Shown here piece by piece: positions 49,359 to 56,509 of a stretch of 56,509 bases of DNA; positions within the stretch are counted from its first letter, which is position 1; each line of letters starts with the position of its first letter. The notes below the pieces were generated by a model that saw nothing but the letters and a program-made list of their open reading frames with translations, ran no database searches and was not told where the DNA came from. The stretch is taken from NCBI GenBank assembly GCA_049975205.1, contig JBNGDL010000018.1, forward strand, positions 1 through 56,509. The letters run 5' to 3'. The stretch is from Anaerolineae bacterium. GTDB taxonomy: Bacteria > Chloroflexota > Anaerolineae > B4-G1 > SLSP01. Made by a program: the position numbers and the translations under genes.

Positions 49359-50381
49359 TCATCCACCCAAACGGGAACCACAGGAGGCTCGGACTACAAG
49401 CTCTGTGGGCAGGATGCGGCGTTGGGGAGACTCTGCTCCATTTTCCAGAACGTCGATGAGCATCTCAACGGCCAAGGCCCCCGCTCGTTGAATGGGCTGG
49501 CGGACGGTGGTCAGGTGTGGGTCCGCGGTGACGGCTTGAGGCAAGTCCTCAAAGCCCACGAGAGCTACCTCCTCGGGCACGCGGGTACCCTCCTCGTGCA
49601 AGGCCGCCAAACACCCCAGTGCTATCAAATCTGAGGCTGCGAAGACCGCGTCCGGTGTATACGGCAGTAGACGTTGCATCGCCTCGTAGCCGCTCGCCTC
49701 CGTGTAATCGCCATGTATCATCAGCGCTTCGTCGACACTAATCCCTCGCTCCCGAAGAGCCTTCAAATACCCCTGCTTTCGATCCTCCGCGGTCACGCTG
49801 TTCTGGGGGCCGGTGACGAGCGCGATGCGCCGACGGTCCATGTGCATCAGATGGGTCACCGCTCTGTACGCCCCGCCCACGTCGTCAACATCGACAAAGC
49901 TGACTCGGGGATCGTCGTGCCGACCGCGCAGTACGAAGGGGATCTTGTTGGCAAAGAGCTCCGAGATCAAGGGGGCGCGAGTGTGTGTATCCGCGACAAT
50001 GAGACCCTCCAAGAACTGGCGATGCGAGATTCTGCGGTAAAGCCGTGCTTCCTCCTCCAGACTGCGGGGGAAGAAAATAGTCAGAGTGTAGTCACGGTCA
50101 CTGCAGCCCCGTGAGATGCTCTGCACCAGATAGGGGAACAAGGGATGCTCGAAGAGGCTCTGGTTGGCGAGAGGGATGACGAAGCCGATCATGCCTGCAT
50201 TGCGTCCAGAAAGCGAGCGGGCGATGGGATCGGGGCGAAAGCCCGTTTCCGCAATCACCTGTAACACGTGCTCGCGCGTTTCCGGATTGACATAGGGATG
50301 GTCGTTGAGCACCCGAGAAACAGTTGACCGTGAGACCCCGGCTAGCTTCGCAACCTGTCTGATGGTGAGCTTCTCTGCCAT
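49359..50381 (-). CDS. LacI-family transcriptional regulator
   Basis: TIRQVAKLAGVSRSTVSRVLN HTH; PDAVFAASD, VPEEVALVGFED, LTTVRQP. Confidence 0.95.
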   Translation of the reverse strand: MAEKLTIRQVAKLAGVSRSTVSRVLNDHPYVNPETREHVLQVIAETGFRPDPIARSLSGRNAGMIGFVIPLANQSLFEHPLFPYLVQSISRGCSDRDYTLTIFFPRSLEEEARLYRRISHRQFLEGLIVADTHTRAPLISELFANKIPFVLRGRHDDPRVSFVDVDDVGGAYRAVTHLMHMDRRRIALVTGPQNSVTAEDRKQGYLKALRERGISVDEALMIHGDYTEASGYEAMQRLLPYTPDAVFAASDLIALGCLAALHEEGTRVPEEVALVGFEDLPQAVTADPHLTTVRQPIQRAGALAVEMLIDVLENGAESPQRRILPTELVVRASCGSRLGG

Positions 50382-50408
50382 GAGTCCTTTCAGAAAACCC
50401 TAGGCTCC

Positions 50409-50430
50409 CGTTTGGGACCGGTCCCAAACG
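50409..50430. promoter_or_regulatory. probable LacI-family operator (perfect 22-bp palindrome)
   Basis: CGTTTGGGACCGGTCCCAAACG, about 28 nt upstream of the lacI start; similar to CelR-type TGGGAGCGCTCCCA operators. Confidence 0.75.
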
Positions 50431-50609
50431 TCTCATATTCATCATAGCTGCCCGAGGTATCTGAGGCTAGGACAAAAGCGAGCTTGGGGTGGACATTTCA
50501 GGGAGGATCGGCCCTACGTCTGCGTGGGACGTCGCATCGAGGGAGGGAACAACCTTGCTGCACCCTCGGCGACACAGCGTGTTCTTGGAGCTAGACTCGG
50601 CGGAAAGGA

Positions 50610-53600
50610 TTACGCCTTGCGATAGGCGTCAGGGGATAGCCCAACCTCGCGGCGGAAGACGCGGCTGAAATAGCCGCTGTCGGAGAAGCCAACGTCTAGA
50701 GCGATCTCCGTGATGCTCTTGCCGGACTCGATCAGGAGTCGCCTGGCCTGGTTCACCCGGTAGCGATTAATGTAAGCAATCGGCGTGACTCCCAGCTCTT
50801 CGCGGAAGCAAGAGGTCAGATAATCCTCGCTGAGCGCGACGTGGCGGGCCAGATCGGCCCGCGAGATGGGTTCGTGATAGTGCGTGTGGATGTAGGCCAT
50901 AGCCTGTCGCACCAAGCGCTGCGCCTCGTCGCTCAACTGGCGACTGCGCTCGAGGGCGGTATCGAGATGAGCAAGGGTTTCCTCTAGGCTGAACATGCCT
51001 TTGCTCAGCACCGTCTGCACGCCCCGATTCAGGCGCACCATATCCTCTTCGGTCAGCACCTGACCGGTCAACACAATCACGGGGATTTGCCGCGTACTTT
51101 CATTCTCATGCATCGTTTCCAGCACGCCAAATCCATCGAGTTCGGGCATCATCAGGTCCAGCAGCACCAGATCCACCTGCTCTTGCTGCAAGATATTGAG
51201 TGCCTCAAGTCCGTTTCGCGCAGGCCGCACCTGGTAAGATGGCAGATGATCCTGCACGATTCGGGCATGCATTTTGAGCGTGGCTGGATCGTCGTCTACA
51301 ATGAGGATCACCCTGGTGTTATCCCCCGCCTCGGAAGTCAGCCAGTGCTGATCGAGGGCCTGTGTCAAATCAACCATTCCGATGGGCTTAGTGAGATAGG
51401 TGAGCTCCATCACCGATCCGCCGTCCGACGACAGAGAGCAAAAGAGAACGGGCAGGGACTGCATTCCGGGTTGGCTCTTGATCGCCCGAAGTACATTCCA
51501 GCCTTGTTGCGGGGCAGCGCTCACATCTACGACGACGGCCCCAGGGGGCGATGTCGTCAGCTGCGACAGCCAGTCGGGAGTCTCATCCATGAGCACGGTC
51601 TGCACGTTGAAGCCGCGTCTGGACAGGTGCTCGTGTAGCCGTCGACTACTCGCCGCCTGGTGGCTCAACACCACTATGTCCCGCTGGGCACGAGCCACGA
51701 GGGCGGAGCGTTGAACCTGGCTGGCTGGTGGCTGTGCTGTGGGCAAGCTGAACCAGAAGGTTGACCCGGCGCCCTCCTCGCCGGATGAGCGCACGCCGAT
51801 GGCCCCTCCGTGCAGCTCGATAAGCCGCTTACAGATCGCCAGTCCTAGACCCAGGCCGCCATAGCCGCGGCCCGCGCTCCGTTCTGAGCGGCGGAATTCG
51901 TCAAAGATTGCGGTTTGCTCCTCCGGAGGAATCCCCAGGCCGGTGTCACGCACCGTCACTGTGACAGAATTGGGGCCTGTTTCGAGTGTTAGGCTCACGT
52001 AGCCCTGCGCCGTGAACTTGATGGCATTGTTGACAAGGTTCAGCGCAACTTGCCGTAGCCGGGTCCGGTCTCCCCACACCCAGGAGCCATCGCTAGACAG
52101 ATCCGCATGCCACTCTAGTTCTTTGTCGGAGGCCAACTGGCGGCCGGTTTCAGCCACCAGGCGCAGAGCCTCACTCAAGTCAACATATTCGTTTGCTAGG
52201 TTCAGCTGGCCAGCATCGCCTTTGGCCAGCTCCAGGACGTCGCCGAGGAGCCCACCGAGATGCTGGGCGTTGGCGTGAATCTGTTGGACATCATTGCGAT
52301 ACAGCTCGGGCAGGGATGAGCTTACCTCGTCGCTCTCCTGTAGGAGGATCTCGCTGAGGCCTACGATCAGACTGAGTGGGGTGCGCAATTCGTGACTGAC
52401 CGTAGACAGAAAGCGACTCTTGAGCGCATTCGCTTCTTCCGCCAAGCGCCGGCCCTCGGTGGCCTCTCGATACAAGTCAGCGCTGTTGAGCGCCGTCGCC
52501 AGCTGCTGCGCGATGGCACCATAGAGGTGGAGGTCGCTCGTATCAAAGACGACGTAGCCGAACTGGCCGCGAGGTCCGGTAAGAGGAAACAAGGCTAGGC
52601 TGTAGGCTTCATCGTCTGGGAGAAGGCTCCGGGGCGGAAACTCATGGCTGGGAAAATGGAGCGTGGACGGATCACTGCCTCGCTCCTTGGGAAGGATGAC
52701 GCGCAAAGCAGTACGGTGGTCAGCTGCCTCCTCCCTGGCGTCCATAAGCGCAAGCCACGCAATGTGAACGCCCATGGCGGGCAGGTGCTGGGCCAGAACC
52801 TGGTAGATCTGCGCCTCGTCGAGGGCGGCCAGCAGGCGCGCCGTAAGCGTGCCCAATCGATTCAACATCCAGCGCTGTTCCACCACATGGCGGCTGAGCT
52901 GACGGTAAACGCTGACGCTGATGGTCAGTTGTGCCTGAGCCAGCAGTTCAGCTGCCAGCCCGCGGCTCGCGGCAGGCAACTCATCCAGGGTAGCGCCTAG
53001 GTTCGAAAGGGCCGCCTGCCAGGTCTGCAAGTCATCCCCGCTGGCGGTCGCTCGACGGACAACGGCATCCAGCGCCGCCCGAAATCGCGAAGCGTCCCTT
53101 CGCTCAACACTGGCGTCAAAGGCGGAGGCCAGACGTTGACACAGGGCCTCAACCTCGTCGGAGGGCAGGCCTTGTGCGCCAGCCAGGACCGCTGCCGTCA
53201 TGGCCTTTGCAAGCTGCTCAGAGGTCGCCATCGGCTCTGGTTTCTCACTCTCGGGAGCGGCGATAACGGGCGCTGTGGGGCGCGGCGTGTTCGGCCCACA
53301 GCCGCATGACTCACGAGCCACGAGACGCGTCGCCACCCTGGCTGCCTCAATAGTTTCGGCCTGGCCAGTGAGAAAGCGATAGAGCGATTCCACCGCCCGA
53401 TACCCCATTTGGTGGAGCGATATGCGCACGCTGCTGAGCGCCGGTTCCTGAACAGCACTCTCTGGCCGGTCGTCAAAGCCAATGATGGCCACATCGTGGG
53501 GAATTCTGCGCCCATCCTCGCGGAGGGCCTGCATAGCGCCTAAGGCCGACTCGTCGTTGCTGGCCAAGACGGCGGTCAAAGGTACACCTGAGGCCAGTAT

Positions 53601-54203
53601 CTTCCGCATGGCGCGGTAGCCGCCATCATACAAATGGTCGCTCCAAGCTACCAACCGCGGATCGGCTGACAGGCCATACCTCTCCACAGCATCGTGATAG
53701 GCGCACAAGCGCTCGCCGCTGTCGCCCTCCATATCCTCCACGCTGCCGGCAATGAAGGCGATGCACCGGTGCCCGTGATCGGCAAGGTGCTCCATTGCTT
53801 CAAGTACGCCGCTGCGGTTGTCGGCCACGATTGTGGGCCCGGGTTCTCCGCTGGCAACAAAGACTACTGGATGTCCGGCTGCACGTAAATCCTGCACGTA
53901 TTGCGAGCGGGCAGGGGAATGCAGGGGGTTCACAGCGATGAGGCCATCGGTGTTCCAGGGCCCGATGGGCACAAAGTCGGATTCGGGAGATGAGAAGGGC
54001 CATGCGGGTCGCAGTAGATCGCTCTTGCCAGACCAGGATCCCATACCACATCCAAGGAGTAGGTTGCAACCCAGATCGCGTGCGCCTCGGCTGATTCCAG
54101 CGTACACTGGCTCCAGGTAACTCAGCGGCGTCGCCGTCCAGGCAAACTGCCACCCAGCCAACGCCCCGATCGTCGGTCGCCCTTGGGGATCCTTCCGTGA
54201 CAT
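50610..54203 (-). CDS. soluble hybrid regulator: LacI-type ligand-binding domain, GAF-like region, His kinase, two receivers, AraC HTH
   Basis: [51 protein letters not shown], degenerate REC, canonical REC (IVDDD...LLDLMMP), [20 protein letters not shown]; no TM seen. Confidence 0.9.
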   Translation of the reverse strand: MSRKDPQGRPTIGALAGWQFAWTATPLSYLEPVYAGISRGARDLGCNLLLGCGMGSWSGKSDLLRPAWPFSSPESDFVPIGPWNTDGLIAVNPLHSPARSQYVQDLRAAGHPVVFVASGEPGPTIVADNRSGVLEAMEHLADHGHRCIAFIAGSVEDMEGDSGERLCAYHDAVERYGLSADPRLVAWSDHLYDGGYRAMRKILASGVPLTAVLASNDESALGAMQALREDGRRIPHDVAIIGFDDRPESAVQEPALSSVRISLHQMGYRAVESLYRFLTGQAETIEAARVATRLVARESCGCGPNTPRPTAPVIAAPESEKPEPMATSEQLAKAMTAAVLAGAQGLPSDEVEALCQRLASAFDASVERRDASRFRAALDAVVRRATASGDDLQTWQAALSNLGATLDELPAASRGLAAELLAQAQLTISVSVYRQLSRHVVEQRWMLNRLGTLTARLLAALDEAQIYQVLAQHLPAMGVHIAWLALMDAREEAADHRTALRVILPKERGSDPSTLHFPSHEFPPRSLLPDDEAYSLALFPLTGPRGQFGYVVFDTSDLHLYGAIAQQLATALNSADLYREATEGRRLAEEANALKSRFLSTVSHELRTPLSLIVGLSEILLQESDEVSSSLPELYRNDVQQIHANAQHLGGLLGDVLELAKGDAGQLNLANEYVDLSEALRLVAETGRQLASDKELEWHADLSSDGSWVWGDRTRLRQVALNLVNNAIKFTAQGYVSLTLETGPNSVTVTVRDTGLGIPPEEQTAIFDEFRRSERSAGRGYGGLGLGLAICKRLIELHGGAIGVRSSGEEGAGSTFWFSLPTAQPPASQVQRSALVARAQRDIVVLSHQAASSRRLHEHLSRRGFNVQTVLMDETPDWLSQLTTSPPGAVVVDVSAAPQQGWNVLRAIKSQPGMQSLPVLFCSLSSDGGSVMELTYLTKPIGMVDLTQALDQHWLTSEAGDNTRVILIVDDDPATLKMHARIVQDHLPSYQVRPARNGLEALNILQQEQVDLVLLDLMMPELDGFGVLETMHENESTRQIPVIVLTGQVLTEEDMVRLNRGVQTVLSKGMFSLEETLAHLDTALERSRQLSDEAQRLVRQAMAYIHTHYHEPISRADLARHVALSEDYLTSCFREELGVTPIAYINRYRVNQARRLLIESGKSITEIALDVGFSDSGYFSRVFRREVGLSPDAYRKA

Positions 54204-54358
54204 GTGTCGCTCGCTTCCTAAGTTACGCTCCCGACTCAGGCATAGCATACCCGGGTGATCTGAAAAGCCAAATGGATGCGTGCTCTCTATGCGTAGCTGA
54301 GGGCACTATACGGGAGGCCGCGAAGGGAGGTGGCGAATCGCCGTCGTCAATGCTCTGG

Positions 54359-54808
54359 CTAAGCTTCGATCAGTTGCCGCTCTGGGCCGCCTGGCAGCTC
54401 TAGCACATCCAAAGAGATCTTGTGGAGAAAGAAAAGGTGTGTCTCACACCGACAGTCGGAGGCGCCGAACCGGGGAACCACGATCTGCGTGCCGCGATGC
54501 TGGGTGAGATACCGGGCCCAGGCGCATTCAAGACGTGTTCCGGGCGCTAGAAAGACAGCGATCGGCTGAGCGTGCTTTCGTAAGTAGTCGACGTGCCAAT
54601 GCGCATTGAGGCTGCCACGAAGGTGCCGGCTGATGCGAGCCTGGAGCCCACCAGGTCCCCAGGCGCTGCCCACATAGAGGTACGTTCCCGCAGGAAAGAA
54701 ATGGGTCCCTAGCGCCCCAACGGTGATGGGCCCTCGCGCCGAAGGAGGCAGCCTAAGGGCCAAGCCATACGTACCACCCTCAGCGGGAAGCGCCAGCCTG
54801 TGCGACAA
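54359..54808 (-). CDS. GIY-YIG nuclease family protein (DUF123-like)
   Basis: GTYGL...YLYVGSA, ARISRH, HWHVDYL, FGASDCRCETHL. Confidence 0.85.
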   Translation of the reverse strand: MSHRLALPAEGGTYGLALRLPPSARGPITVGALGTHFFPAGTYLYVGSAWGPGGLQARISRHLRGSLNAHWHVDYLRKHAQPIAVFLAPGTRLECAWARYLTQHRGTQIVVPRFGASDCRCETHLFFLHKISLDVLELPGGPERQLIEA

Positions 54809-54817
54809 TTGGAAGCG

Positions 54818-55057
54818 TTACGAGAGCAGTTGGCGGTTCCAGAGCTTGCCACCGACCCACGTCAGGGCTACGCCTAGCCCAAGGGCGAAGGCGCCTGCAG
54901 CGTCCATCAAGTAGATGGCGTGAAGGGGACCCAGCTGCCAAAGCTCAACACCTTCCTGCGAGGGGGGCAGGGCGAGTGCTAGAAGGCCTAGGAGAATGAA
55001 CAAGACGCCGGCTGAACTGACGGCCACCACGAGGCCGTTGTCCTTCAGAGACGGCAT
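54818..55057 (-). CDS. small two-TM hypothetical membrane protein
   Basis: MPSLKDNG..., two hydrophobic helices; start overlaps the upstream stop (TGATG). Confidence 0.65.
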   Translation of the reverse strand: MPSLKDNGLVVAVSSAGVLFILLGLLALALPPSQEGVELWQLGPLHAIYLMDAAGAFALGLGVALTWVGGKLWNRQLLS

Positions 55058-55305
55058 CAACCTTCCTCGGGCGGCGGGACGGGCAGATCTTCCACAGGGG
55101 TATCCATCCATTTTTCGCCGGTCTCGATGAGCATGACGGGGATATCGTCTCGGATCGGGTACTTGCGCCCGCAATCCTGACAGACGAGCCAGCTGTCCTC
55201 ACGCACGAGGTCGAGCCTACCCGGGTCCTCTTTGTCCTTCAAGCGCGTCTCCCCGCTCACGCAATGGGGGCAGCGCAGGATCTCCAAAAGCTCGGCGTCA
55301 ACCAT
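55057..55305 (-). CDS. Trm112-like protein
   Basis: MVDAELLEILRCPHC...LVCQDCGRKYPIRDDIPVML; RBS GAGGAGG. Confidence 0.88.
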   Translation of the reverse strand: MVDAELLEILRCPHCVSGETRLKDKEDPGRLDLVREDSWLVCQDCGRKYPIRDDIPVMLIETGEKWMDTPVEDLPVPPPEEG

Positions 55306-55577
55306 GGTCCCTCCTCTGGTCAAGAACGTCAATGTGCGACGCCTGGAGTATACCACGCTGCCCCGCCCATGCAAGACCGCGGATTCTCTCACGCCAACTC
55401 TGAGTGAATGGGGCACGGTTTTGCCAGATGACCATCTGAGTGAAGCGCGCCTCAGTCTGTGGGCGACCTGGGTTCGAACACAACATACATTCGGGATACT
55501 TGGCTTGACGTCACAGCGGCGACAAAGACAATGCACTCGTCAACGGATCATAGCCACCAGTCCGAGGAGGGAACAGG

Positions 55578-56348
55578 ATGCATATGCTAGATCGATTCCA
55601 AATGGATGGTCGCGTCGCGATCATCACTGGGGGAAGCCGGGGCCTGGGCAAGGTCATGGCGCATGCCTTGGCAGAGGCGGGATCCAGTGTTGCGGTCGCC
55701 AGCCGCGACCTGTCAACCGTTCAGGCCGTCGCGGAAGAGGTTCGGACGACGCACGGGCCACGCTGCGCGGGGTATCGGTGCGATGTGACCGACCCAGACG
55801 ATGTGGCGTCGTTTGTAGGTCAGGTCCTCGAGGATTTCGGCAAGATCGACGTGCTGATCAATAACGCTGGGATAAACATCCGCGGACCGATCGAGGAGCT
55901 ATCCTTGGCTGAGTTCCGCCAGGTCCAGGACACCAACGTGACCGGCGCGTGGTTGCTCTGTCGGGCGGTCGCGCCCCACATGAAGGCGCGCCGATATGGG
56001 CGCGTGATCAACGTGGGCTCGATGTTGTCGGTGGTTGCGATGTCCGAACGCACGCCCTACGCCACGAGCAAGGGCGCCGTTCTACAGCTCACGCGTACGC
56101 TGGCCCTGGAATGGGCGCCTTACGGTATCACGGTCAATGCCTTGCTGCCGGGTCCCTTCGGCACCGAGATGAACCGCCCGCTACTCGACGATCCGGAACG
56201 GTACCAAGCCTTCGTCTCGCAGATCCCGCTGGGGCGCTGGGGAGACTTGGAGGAGATCGGTGGCGTGACGCTGTTCCTCGCCAGTGACGCCTCGAGCTTC
56301 GTCACGGGCGCCGGTATCCTTGTGGACGGTGGGTGGACGGCGCGATAG
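55578..56348 (+). CDS. short-chain dehydrogenase/reductase (gluconate 5-dehydrogenase-like)
   Basis: TGGSRGLG, NNAG, YATSK, VDGG. Confidence 0.93.
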   Translation: MHMLDRFQMDGRVAIITGGSRGLGKVMAHALAEAGSSVAVASRDLSTVQAVAEEVRTTHGPRCAGYRCDVTDPDDVASFVGQVLEDFGKIDVLINNAGINIRGPIEELSLAEFRQVQDTNVTGAWLLCRAVAPHMKARRYGRVINVGSMLSVVAMSERTPYATSKGAVLQLTRTLALEWAPYGITVNALLPGPFGTEMNRPLLDDPERYQAFVSQIPLGRWGDLEEIGGVTLFLASDASSFVTGAGILVDGGWTAR

Positions 56349-56453
56349 TCGGAGCTGGCCCTGCCCCCGTAGCGCCAGGAGAGGGCCGACCGACTCAGCC
56401 CGCGCGCGCCTGCCTTCTGATGCGACATCTCGGATGCTGTGTGCTCGGCGCCC

Positions 56454-56509
56454 TTAGTCCTCTCCGCCCACGATCTTGAACACGCGCTCTTGACTGGCAG
56501 GCACCCACG
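56454..56509 (-). CDS. possible 3' end of a gene entering from the right edge
   Basis: Open frame WVPASQERVFKIVGGED* to the window edge. Confidence 0.3.
   Translation of the reverse strand, partial: WVPASQERVFKIVGGED

Noticed and set aside
38572-50430. Laminarin locus as a genomic island integrated at tRNA-Lys
   Set aside because: No integrase, no duplicated tRNA 3' end seen, and the locus lies upstream (5') of the tRNA with its promoter intact.
1-56509. CRISPR arrays, transposases, prophage or known defence systems
   Set aside because: No regularly spaced repeats and no Cas, integrase, transposase or phage motifs recognised by eye.

Overview
GC-rich bacterial chromosomal segment, most consistent with an Anaerolineae-like Chloroflexota genome. 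This is an inference from Gram-positive-type GAAC-N4-GTTC SOS boxes, a C-terminal YYLPLI motif, a heliorhodopsin and lipoprotein sugar-binding proteins. From left to right the window holds: a glmS ribozyme with an unusual 35-nt core insertion ahead of glmS; a beta-glucuronidase/sugar ABC/LacI locus; an unannotated 30-aa membrane peptide behind a strong promoter with two LexA boxes; RidA plus a PLP D-amino-acid enzyme; TrmI; tandem DarA/PstA-like c-di-AMP receptors; a B12-binding mutase subunit with MeaB; Prs; a transporter-less cluster of solute-binding proteins with a vWA fusion, a membrane coiled-coil protein and a WD40 protein; a patch of gene fragments; a heterodimeric ABC exporter with an attenuator-like leader; a heliorhodopsin; MFS, putative glycosidase and M20 peptidase genes; tRNA-Lys(UUU); a complete phosphorolytic beta-1,3-glucan locus (GH94 laminaribiose phosphorylase, GH161-like phosphorylase, GH16, ABC, LacI) beside a soluble LacI-sensor/His kinase/REC/REC/AraC hybrid regulator; and GIY-YIG, Trm112-like and SDR genes. 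No CRISPR array, integrase or transposase was seen. All family calls come from motif recognition by eye, not database searches.
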